Source: Rhina ancylostomus
Taxonomy: Eukaryota
NCBI GenBank assembly: GCA_030265395.1
Contig: JARFYF010000017.1
Location: 21,898,549 to 21,962,548, forward strand
Length of the DNA stretch: 64,000 nt
Reading direction: 5' to 3'
The notes beneath the pieces are model-generated. The model ran no database searches. It was given only the letters and a program-made list of their open reading frames with translations, and was not told where the DNA came from. Position numbers and translations under genes: made by a program. Below, in pieces: positions 37,301-49,300 of this stretch. The number at the start of each line of letters is the position of its first letter. The stretch's first letter is position 1.

Positions 37301-40300
37301 AAAGTTAAATGGCAAACGTACTCACTAAGGTGAACTGTAGTTACTGGTGACGTTAATGTGGGGCAGTGGTCATCCCCTCGCTCTGAACAGGAAAGAAATA
37401 AATACTGGAATTAACTTAGACAAGACTTCACATTCCTGCCAGCTCCCTGTTTCTTGCTGGATGGAAGCATATGTCTAAAATTCTGCATTAGTTCAAGCAC
37501 AGATCAATGTAGGTATAAATTAATAGTTGTAGGCTGCAAGATTCAGTGTCCATGACTTATGCTTGTTTTTAAATATGTGACAAAATGAATTGTTGTTAGA
37601 GAAGTTACACAGCAGCTTACCTGTTATTGCTTATGCTGTATGTTTTCATATCAGGTGGCCTGCCCACATTCTCTCATTCTTTTATTGCAGTTGTTTACAA
37701 TAAGTGGGGCTTAGTGATTGACCGCCTCCTTGTACTTTTCCTGCAATTCTCCAAAATCCTCAATTGCATCCAAGTGATAATTTGGAGGCTCCTGGAATTG
37801 CATGTGATGAAACTTGTGGCCCTGTTCAGTGTGTGGGTTGCATTGAAAGAGGTATGAATTTCTGAGTAATGGTATCTAAAAATTTTGGCAGATTGAGAAT
37901 TAAGTCACAAATCAGTGAACTTTGTCTTGTTATCTTTTTCTTGCAGGTAAATCTAAAATTCTCACTTTCTGCACTATTGTAACTTGATTGTTGCTGATCA
38001 TTGTGACAACACAGAAATTATGATAATGAATATGACTTTCATCATTAAATTTCACTATCAGACTATGCTGTTTCTTCACTATTGTTTCTTCACTGTTGAG
38101 AAGGGAATCGGTTCAGTAACTTATTGAGGTCTATTTCTTCAACTGACAAGGTTTCAGGAAAGCAACATAGATTTCCCTAATTTTTCTTAATTTGTTTTCA
38201 AGCCGTCCGTCATGAACTTTCTCTTCATCGTCCTCTGGGCATTTGCAATGCCATATACCAAGTTCCGTCCAATGGCTTCCTGCATTTCTACTTTGTGGGC
38301 TTGCATCATTGTTGTCTGTAAAATGCTGTATCAGCTGAAGATTGTAAATCCAAAAGAGTATTCCAGCAACTGCACGACGGTAGGAAATTTGTGCATTTGA
38401 TGTGTATAGATAACAATGCTCAGTTAGTCACAGAAAAAGGTTCAGCAATGTCCAAGCTTTATCTTTGTAAGGATACACAACATACAAGATTAGCTCTGTT
38501 AACCTCCATCTACATTCTTGTCCCAAGAGTGTTTAGTGGGCTCATGATGAGCTAACCACAGTTTTTTCTTCCAATTATAAAGTGCAAAATAAGTGCAGTT
38601 AGGATTGATTTATCTGACACTGTTCTTTACTGTATTCATGATTCTGTTAGGCTTCTAGAAATCCTTTCACCTTTCTCTCTATTTTCTTCCTTGGTAATAT
38701 CACCTAAAGTTTGTAACATTTGTTACATCTAAGTTATTCTAAATGTATAAATGCTGCTATTCTTGTTTAAATTCTACATGGTACATTTATGTTGATATGC
38801 AGAAATATTCTTCTCTGCAGCTCTCTCCAAATGAGACTAATCTAAAACCGGATGAAATCGTGCATTCTGCACTGTACAGAGGGCCCGTAGACCCTGCCAA
38901 CTGGTTTGGATTCAGAAAAGAATTTCCTGTCCTTGCTTACCTCCAAGTGAGTCATCAAAGTCTGTGCCAATTAGGGCAGAAGAGTGGGGAAATTGTCTTC
39001 AATAGCTCTGACCCATTTTAAAAAACTATTAGCATGTAAAGGGGGGCATTTTAACTTTACACTATGGCATGACCACTGCCTATTACACACCCTGCAGGAG
39101 GTTCCTTGAATTAATTTGAGGATGCTGCTGACAAAACTGTTTTTTCCCATCTCTTTCCTACTTGCTCTCAGAAGGTGGTGATGAGTCTTCCAAAGTTGAT
39201 GGAGCCTGCCTGCTGCAGGTAGTCTAACTGTTGTTAGATGGAGTATCTAGCTCAGGATGGGTGTGAGCTGGAGGGAAACATCTTGTGATGGTCTTATCAA
39301 ATACCTGTAGCTATTGTTCTCCTTGATGGAAGGCAGTATGGGGTTTACTGTTGAAAAAGCCTCAACAAGTTTCTGCAATGCATCATGCAGTGAGTACTTA
39401 CCACCGGCACAAGCCATAGNNNNNNNNNNNNNNNNNNNNNNNNNNNNNNNNNNNNNNNNNNNNNNNNNNNNNNNNNNNNNNNNNNNNNNNNNNNNNNNNN
39501 NNNNNNNNNNNNNNNNNNNNNNNNNNNNNNNNNNNNNNNNNNNNNNNNNNNNNNNNNNNNNNNNNNNNNNNNNNNNNNNNNNNNNNNNNNNNNNNNNNNN
39601 NNNNNNNNNNNNNNNNNNNNNNNNNNNNNNNNNNNNNNNNNNNNNNNNNNNNNNNNNNNNNNNNNNNNNNNNNNNNNNNNNNNNNNNNNNNNNNNNNNNN
39701 NNNNNNNNNNNNNNNNNNNNNNNNNNNNNNNNNNNNNNNNNNNNNNNNNNNNNNNNNNNNNNNNNNNNNNNNNNNNNNNNNNNNNNNNNNNNNNNNNNNN
39801 NNNNNNNNNNNNNNNNNNNNNNNNNNNNNNNNNNNNNNNNNNNNNNNNNNNNNNNNNNNNNNNNNNNNNNNNNNNNNNNNNNNNNNNNNNNNNNNNNNNN
39901 NNNNNNNNNNNNNNNNNNNNNNNNNNNNNNNNNNNNNNTCCATTAGAGAAAAATGGCTGTTGGCTACCCAAGTGGGATATGAGGTGCAGTTCTTCTGGTT
40001 TGCTATTGGCCTCATGGTGGCAGTGGAGGCAGCCTAGGACAGACGGGTTGGTGTGGGAATGGGAGAGAGGAAATGACACACAACGGAAGCTCCACAAAAG
40101 TGTTCCCGAGCCTACACTTGATCTCGCCAATGTATAGGAGGCCACATCGTGAGCACCAAATGAAGTGGACCAGGTTGGAGGAGGTATTGTATATGTGAAT
40201 CTCTGCCTGACATGGAATGGCCATGTAGGTCCCTGGTGGTGATGAAGAAGGAGGTGTAGGGAAGTGTTGCACCTCCTATGGGTACAGGGGGAAGAGAAGT

Positions 40301-43300
40301 GTCAGAAATAGTCCAGGTGAATTTTTATCTCCAACATTTTGGTCATTTTGTTTTCAATGGCACACAGAACTCCTTGAAATAATTTGCTTGCATTTCATTT
40401 TCCACCTCATCCAGAACCATCTTCTTCTGCTAATGTTACTAATTTTTGAGATAACTGTGTACCGGCACCAAGAGCACTTCCGCAAGTACAACCAGCTGCC
40501 CCAACCCACCACTGGTACTATCTTTCCAGAGGTCACTCGGCAGCACCTGGATGAAAGCGTCATCGGTTGTGCCAAATATTTCAGCAATTTCTTCTTCTAC
40601 AGGTTTGGTTTGGAGGTATGTAAAATGCTACCAATCAAGTTTACATGTAAATAGCACACTTTTAAATGATCACAAGGAGTTAAGTAATTATGTGTTTCTT
40701 TGATCTCTTAAATAAGCCGCTAAGATGGTTTAGTTAAAAAGAAATGGGCTGCTCAAATACATTTAGGATAGGACACAGTCCTAATGCAGGCAAGTGGGAT
40801 TAGTACAGATGGGCAAAAAGGTCAGTATGGACATGGTGAGCTGAAGGGCCTGTTTCGTTGCCGTATGATTTTATGACTCTCTTAGAGAAGTGGCCATGTT
40901 TTAACATTATTAATTTCAGTTTTCTTCATCGAAAAATTGACCTACACATTTAATAGTTCCAGCATTTTTCCTTGGCTGTCACTATTGTTGAACTGTATTC
41001 TCAATGCCATTATGTCACATCAGGCCATGGTGAAAGATCTCTTAGTCTGAAGGGAGGGTTCAGTTGTACCTGTGACAATATAATTAGGTTTTGAGGGCTA
41101 ATGGATGCAGCCAGAGCATATCAGATCCAAGTCTGAAGGGAGGGTTCAGTTGTACCTGTGACAATATAATTAGGTTTTGAGGGCTAATGGATGCAGCCAG
41201 AGCATANNNNNNNNNNNNNNNNNNNNNNNNNNNNNNNNNNNNNNNNNNNNNNNNNNNNNNNNNNNNNNNNNNNNNNNNNNNNNNNNNNNNNNNNNNNNNN
41301 NNNNNNNNNNNNNNNNNNNNNNNNNNNNNNNNNNNNNNNNNNNNNNNNNNNNNNNNNNNNNNNNNNNNNNNNNNNNNNNNNNNNNNNNNNNNNNNNNNNN
41401 NNNNNNNNNNNNNNNNNNNNNNNNNNNNNNNNNNNNNNNNNAACGGCAGGCAATTGCCAGGCTTTGGCCCAAGTACTGCCTCTTCCAGTCCCTTTTCCTG
41501 TTGTACCAATACCTGTTGTGTCTGGGAATTCCTCCAGCTCTCTGCATAGGTATTGAGTTCTTCACTATTTTACTTTGATTGCAGGTAGAATATAGGTGTT
41601 GCTGGCAAGGCCAGCATTTAATGTGAATTCCTAAAGGCCCTTGAGAAGGTTGTAGTGAACCAGTTTGTTCGAACTCTGCTGGTCCAGGTGCTGAAGGTTC
41701 TCCCAATATGCTGTTAGGAGGTTCCCTGTTTTTGACCCAGGTTTTGATGATGAAGTCATGATGGTGTATAACTTGGAGGGAAATGTTCAGGGAATGGTGC
41801 TCCATGACTGCCCTTGGAGGTGGACATCATGGGTTTGGGAGGAGCTCTTGAAAGAGCCTTGGTGAGTTGCTGTGTGTTATATGGTGCACATAGGGAGCAC
41901 GATGCTATAGTGGTGGAAGAAATGCCAGTCTTATGGGCTACTTTAATCTTGACAAAGATGCACTTTAAATGGTCATGCAACATTTTGCTTGTTGTGTGAT
42001 CTCTATAAGTAGATGCACTTGTACAACTAACCACTGCTATTGCATACAGCTGTTTATGGAGCCAAAGATCAAGTCAAACCATCCATGCCTCTTTAGTTTA
42101 AAGTGAGCTGTGGAATTTTTAAATTCCAGTAATACATGCAGAGAGGGTGGAAGTGGTGATCACACAGCTACAGCATGTTTGGTTGTAATTACAGACCATT
42201 GCAAAGCATAGAGTGCACGTAGTATTTTACCAAGTCCAGATCCAGTTTGTATTAATTTGATTTGGCTATGACTTTTTAAACCCAATTTGATTTGGCTAAA
42301 ACCCTCACATTGAGGACGAGGCAATAAATTTGGAGGTTTGTCTTGATTCTAATACTCTTTGATATGACTCTCAAAAATCAATTAAGATGTAATTAAATGT
42401 ACACCATAGTAGAATCTTGATTATCTGCCACATCAGAGCAGCCTCCAAACTAATATGAAAATTGACATATAACTGAGAGTCAGTGACTTTATAACTGATG
42501 AATAAATACTCCTCTTGATTATGAAGCTAAGTTTGGAAGGGCATACAGCTAAGGGACACAAACTTCTATTTAAAACAATATGATATATGTTCTTGAATGA
42601 GAATGCTGGCAGTCTGACCTCTGCTGAAGCTATTCTCATGACCAGTAAATTCCATGAGATACTGAACATCAGAATGGCAGCTACTGCTACTGAACCAAGA
42701 AGCCAAAGCTTGTGAGAATCAATTCAACAACTCTCTCTGACTGGATGTTAGAGGAAGAGGGTAAAATTCTTCAAGGGGAAACCAGAAACCAAGCCACCAA
42801 GCTTGTTTTGTGTTAGATTTGCTTTTGAGGAAGGAAAATCAGGCTTGTTCTATTACCGTGTGATGCTCCCCATCCAATTTCTCATTGGCGCTTCACCCAT
42901 GCGATGCTCAATGCCAAGGTGCTGAAGCTGAAGCTATCAGTTGCAGTTTGACTCCTTTGTGTAAACCTGAGGCCCAAATCCCATTGCAGTTTTGCAGGTA
43001 AACAGGATCTCTGGCACAGAGACTATGGGCAATTGAGCTTCCACGCTGCCCTTCTTATAGTAATGAATTGTGCACAACCTTCAGGACTGTGATAACGTTA
43101 ACACCTCAAAAATTCTCCCTAGAAAATAGCATGGATTGGTGTACAGAAAGAAAGTCTATTCTCAGCTCCTCAGTATTTTCATCAGAAAATGATTTAATAT
43201 TGCAACAAAGAGAGAGATTGGTGTTCTTCCTTTCCAGTGACCTGTCACACTTTTTATTATCATGTTGGCTGCTGATGTAATCAGATGGGTTTTGGTTTGT

Positions 43301-46300
43301 GTCAGGCATGGAAACTGTGCTGTATTAACTTGTATTTCTAATTTGAATATTCCAGCCCATGTCTCCCGGCAAGACAAACACTGGATCTAGAAGCCAGAGG
43401 AATAAAGCCCAGCAAGAAGTTAGTGCTACGCAGGGAGTTTGGGTAAAGATCCAAGCCCTGGGAGGGAGAGGAAAAGCTAGGCCAAGGAAGCCAGTTTGGT
43501 TCAGAGCAGCACCTTGTTTCTCCCAGCCGACGGTGTTTTCACACCAAAGTAATTTATTGAATTCACCCTTGGCCTAACACTGAATATGAAGCAGCTGTGC
43601 TCCAAAACTGTAATTAACTATGCTGAGGGCTCTTGAGGTGATCGTTAGGCTGCAAGCCTCTGTCCTCCTGCAATGTTCTTGGGCATCATTGTGATGATGG
43701 TGAAGTGAGGGTTGATAGATATCAGTGATTTAGAAAATCTTTAGTTTTGCAAATGTCAGGCCAGAACGTTAAATGATTTTAATGGAGTAAGCAAATTTTT
43801 CTTTAATTTTCCACAGATTACCCATGGAGATGGCCATCCCCCATCACCATTCACTCCAGCTTAATTAAATGGTTCTATCTGCCTGACTTTGTGGCTGCCC
43901 CTAGTTCCACACATCTTTTCTGTAAGTATGCATCAATGTTTGATTCTAGAAGCACCAACCACAGCGGGTAGCGTTTCCTCCTCGAGGCCAGAATCTTAAT
44001 GAATGCCGTCAGTAAGGGAAGGGGTGCAGGGGTGGGGTACAGGGTCATATGCTGAGATGGTCACAAGTAGGGTGATACTTGGGGTGGAGGTCAGTCAGTG
44101 GGTGCTCAGTAAACAAGATGTCCTTGTGGAGAGTTGATCAGTGATTGGGTTTGGCCAGGGAGACAAAGGGGGAATGGCTGATTGTGAAGGTGGCCATGAA
44201 GATGAAGAGGACATTCAGGAGGTTGGACAAGGAGACCATTGGGTTGAGTGGAGAGAGACAACTGAGGTGCCCGATAACATTGACACCAGTCAGTATGAAA
44301 GAGTATTCAAGGAAGCCTGTGATGTAGGAGGTGGATGCCTCAGGTAAGGATAGGCCTCCACTGAATAATGCTCGAGAAGGCTTCAGCCTAGCGATTCCTT
44401 CAGTTTTTGAAACCTTTGCTGTTTTCAAGCCTTGTTTGCACAAAAAAAAGCTGTGCATGGCATGTAACAAGAACTCAACGTGTCCAGTGGCCTTGATGTC
44501 ATGCATTGAGCACATGGAACAAAAATCTGTAAGTGCATTGAATGTTATTCTGATGAATTTCCATCGCATAGTACACAAGAGTAATGCAATTACATTTCCA
44601 AGCCTCTACCAAATAGCAGTGACTTTAATTGCATCATTTACCACAGGAGACCATTCAGCCAACATTACTTGTGCCAACTCTTGGAAAGAAATATCCCATC
44701 AGTAATGCACCCTGGTCTTTGTGCACTGCCCTGGACACATTTCCTTTTTGGATATAAATCTAGGCTTGGCAGAATTAGATTTTTATCAGTAAACATGCAT
44801 AAATAATAATTTCAGCTCACATTCATAAACCAACAAAATATATTTCCACTGTTCATAACTTCAGAAATTGTAACAAGAGAATTGTTTTTTTGTATTTTTA
44901 ATTATTTTTCTTACAAATATCACATTACTGCCAAAGGAATATTAAAGCAGAGATGAATTATTGATTTATCCATACTGACTACTTATATTTTGACAGATGA
45001 TTATTTGATATTTTAATGGTATACTGTCATTGATAAAATGTCTAGCTCCACATCCCTAATTTTGTGTCATCCTGAAAATTCATATTGATAAAAAAATAAA
45101 CATTTTTACCTGCAAAATTAATAAAATTAAATTCTGCTAGGTATATTTAATTAATTGCATTAAAATTATTGTATCTTTTTCCATCATCCTGTCAGATGAC
45201 TCTTGAGTTTAAAATAAATAGTTTCTCCAAAATGTTTATTTTGCCAGATTCAAGTTATCTTGAATCTGTGTCCTCTGAGTACCAGTCCTTCTGTTCCTGT
45301 AAATCTTTTCTCTTAAAATCCCCTGTCCTGGCCACACTGTTCATGGGTGATGCAGGCTGCTTATAGAAACAGTTTTAGCTCTTGAGTGCAAAAGGCAAAG
45401 CGTAAAGAACAAGAGCAACCTATAAAAATCAGCTGATGGACTGTGGGAATATTTTGGTATTATTTCATTGTGCATCTGCAAGATGTTTAGTGCTTCTCTT
45501 GAGTCCAAACCTGAGGTGTTTGGGGAGTTCAGTATTGCCTTCAGTCTTGTACAATATTTTTAAATCTGACAGAATCCAGCCTCCCTTATTAAAAGCAACT
45601 TAGGCTCAATGAACTGAAATGCTTAAGAGAGTATATAAGTAATTTAACATTTGCACTATAAATTCAGAGTTAAGTGGTTTAAGGAACTTAATGACTAACA
45701 TTGGATTTGCCAGCAAGATCCTTTAGCTTCTAACTTTTCCTAATTCTGTTAAAAGATCAGGGACTTAAAATGTGAACTAATTTCTCTCTCAACTTGTGCA
45801 GTCTGACATGCTGTTACTGGCATTTTCTCTTTTCACTTCTCTTTAGTTCTCCCTTTTTCCGACTTTCTATCAAACATCTCAGTTCCGCAATGATAGCTGA
45901 TTGATTTTCAACCATTTGCCCATTCTGTTTGTGAGCCAGAAAAAATGGTTTTGTGAATCAAGGAAGTTTAGGAGCCAACCTTTTAAATGTTTCTCTCCCT
46001 TCTCATTAAAGTGTGAGATTGTTTATATTCCCAAAGTAATCCAGCTCCTTAAACCATTTAGCTGCCTCTACTGGGAGCTGTCTGGGATCTGTCAGATGCA
46101 GCAATGCTGTGCTGATGAGGTACTTGCAAAATTTGTGCTGCACAGGTTCATTATGTAAACCTGTCAGAAGGTGAAACAAAGCTTCAGTTCTAAAAGGTGA
46201 AAATGAGGTAATTTCTTACAGTTAATGATTTTTTTTCCTTTTTTTAAAAGTAAATGTCAATCCAACGATGTGCCTGAAGTGAGATGGAGATTTGAGACTT

Positions 46301-49300
46301 AAAGCATTGATAAGAAATCCAGAGTATTAAATGTGTTTTTATTTATAGTAAGATGATTAAGAAGAGCCAAACATGATTCAGGTCTTGAAACTGTGGAGAA
46401 GCATGGATAATTTGGATGTAAGCAGGTTATTTGACTTGGACTATGATCACAGTACTAGAGGATGCACATACAAAATTGATAGGCCTCAAGCAAGGGAGAT
46501 TAAAAGAATTTATTCTCCCACAGAGTGATGGTTATGTGAAACAGATTTTGAGGAAAATTAACCTATGCAGTGTCAATTAACTCTTTCAAGGATGAAAAAA
46601 ATCACGGAGCTAAAAATATCAATTAAGGTTACAGGATTAATTATCAAGTGTGATAATTTAATAATCTGTGGAATATGATTGTTTCTGACTTGCTGCAACC
46701 ACAGTTATTTCCAGGCTCAATAATATGGTGTATTAAAGGGATTATATTGATCTTCCAATCATTGCTATGATATCTATGTTCAAACCTTTGAATTAAAATT
46801 AAATAGAGTCCTAATTAAGAAACTCATGGAACATCACTAGCCACATTGCACCAATTCAAAAATTATCTAGATACCCATACAATATGCTTTCTTATTGACA
46901 TAACCATGGAAAGACACATCACCCTCCAATAGGAAGGGAGACCAATAGTTATACCTTCCTTTATTCAGCACTTTATAAACTGTCTTCTGAAAAAAATTTG
47001 TACAAATGCACTCTTTCCCTTATCTACATAACCATCTCACAATTTACAAAAGGGATGCATTTAGTGAAACTCTGTAAATTGAAAAAGCTGGGTGAAATGT
47101 ATTATGGGTATTTCAGTACAGTGCCCTGATGGGTGGAGAGTGGCACACTATTCATCATTGCGAGAAATAATTTTGTAAATCACATATTTGCAAATCAAAG
47201 AATACCTTTACACACTGTGTTACCTGCAGCAAATAGAACTGAATTAGGGCTTACTTATAGATACTTTTTATCTGTGCTGAGTTGAACTGAGACTTTAAAA
47301 ATTTGATCACTAATTTACTCCCATACTAGAGTCCTACAAAGTTTATTTGCAGTGAATGATAAATAGAATATCTTTTCAAAGAAGAACTATCAGTATTTTA
47401 AATATGATCATTGCTGTTGCCATTTTTAATTCATCATTTTCATTGATGGTACCATCAATACCAAAAGCAACAAAGGATTTGTTCATAGGTGTTCATTCAG
47501 CTGTAGGAGAAAGCCATTTTCCCTTAGATACCACAGTGCAAGTAATCCCAGTTGCTTTGTGCTTCTTCCAACTGCCAGATACCAATTCTGTTCTTCTTCC
47601 AGTTGCCTCCAGTTGTACGATGTTGAAATGACTCTTAACATAAAAAATACATGGAGAACAAAAATTATTCATACTCCTGATAAGGTGCCTGTGAAATTAG
47701 ACAATCCCTGTGCAAATGGTAACTTTCTGTCACTCAAATATATCAAGGTTACACTATTTTAAAATCAGAATTGTGTTCTCGTTTTTTTCTCTCTCTCTCT
47801 CNNNNNNNNNNNNNNNNNNNNNNNNNNNNNNNNNNNNNNNNNNNNNNNNNNNNNNNNNNNNNNNNNNNNNNNNNNNNNNNNNNNNNNNNNNNNNNNNNNN
47901 NGACAGATCAATCACATCATCCCCACTCGCCCCTTTTCTCCCTCTCTCCAACCATCGTCTCCACTCTGATTCGCCTACCACCTACCTACACAGTATGCAA
48001 TTAACCTACCAGCATATCTTTTAGATGCGGGAGGAAACCAGAGAACCCAGCAGCAACAAAGATGAGCACAGGGGAGACACGAGGCCAGGATTGAACCTGG
48101 GTTTCTGGAGGTGTGAGGCAGCTGCAGTAACTGCCGTGTTATTGTGCTGCCCAATTCTGTTTGGATTAAGACATTCAGCATCTTTGTCTTTTCAATGCAC
48201 TTAGGCACTGTTGAAAACTATGATGAGAGTGCCTATGTGCATTATAATTAATACAAATAGTTTTATTAATGTTAACATGCAGTTAACATATGTTCTTAAA
48301 ATGGAAAATATTTTCTTATTTTTTAGTCCATTACAATTTGAGCTCATGGCAACAATTCACCTTGCCTGCTGGCTGCATTCCATTTATTGGAAGAATTGCT
48401 ACTCCATTCCTGTTCTGAACAACCCTTATCGTGAATTTTGCATCTCTGTCTCAGCTTGTACACCTTCTGTACGAATCGCATTTATTACCCTAGACATCAT
48501 TGCCTTTTATTCTGCAGTTAACCCACTTAGCAAAACAGGCAACATCAGCGGAGAGAGGAACAGAGGTAACATTTCAGGTCGATACCTTCCAGCAGAATTC
48601 AACAGCCTCAGTTCTATTTCCATAGATGCTGTCTGATCTGCTGAAGACTTCCAGCATTTCCTCTTTTAGTTAGATTTCCTGCATTCACAGTATTTTGCTG
48701 TAGGTTTTTTACATAAATGCTTCACTTTTTATTCATTGTCTGAATTACAAATGGAATGATGGAATCAGAGAATTGTACAGCACTGGCCACCTGACCCCTG
48801 GAGCCTATGCTGGCTCTTTTGGGAGCAAGTTAATAAGTCCCGTTCCCTTCCTCTTAACCTGAAGACCTGAATTTTTATTTACTTCTGCAGTTTACCCTTC
48901 TGGCTAATGAACCTGCAGCCATTAGAAACTTGTTATTCACTGTAAGCCCTTCATAATTTTCAACACCTCCGCCAAATCTGATCTCAGTCTTCCCTTCTCT
49001 ATAAACTCCAAATTCTCATGCCTGTCCACATAACTGTCATCTTTCACCCTGGAACTCTTCCAGTAACTCTCTTCTGTAGCCCGTCCAAAGGCTTTGGGTT
49101 GTTTCTGGTCTCTGGTGCTCAGATTTGGAAGTGATACTTCAGCTGGGTCTGAGCCAGTAGTTTAAGTGTGTTTGACATAACTTCCCGGCTTTAGTGCCCT
49201 CTGGGCTGGATTTTAAATTCTTGACTTGTTGTGAGGTGAGGGGAGGGTGATCTGAAAGCACGTGGGAACCATAAAGTCCAGCCACTGCATTGCTGTATAA

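Larger units (their letters stand above)
638..47633 (-). pseudogene. putative decayed multi-exon gene interleaved antisense within PIEZO1 introns (possibly RGS22/RGSL1-like)
   Basis: More than 15 minus-strand exon-like segments in unique intron sequence. Acceptor-defined starts at 47633, 46160, 36765, 28351, 27073, 24163, 20590, 20346, 19078, 14744, 13532, 8707, 6970/6451, 4024, 2515, 890. Open reading after the acceptor but scattered stops and frameshifts. Confidence 0.55.
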
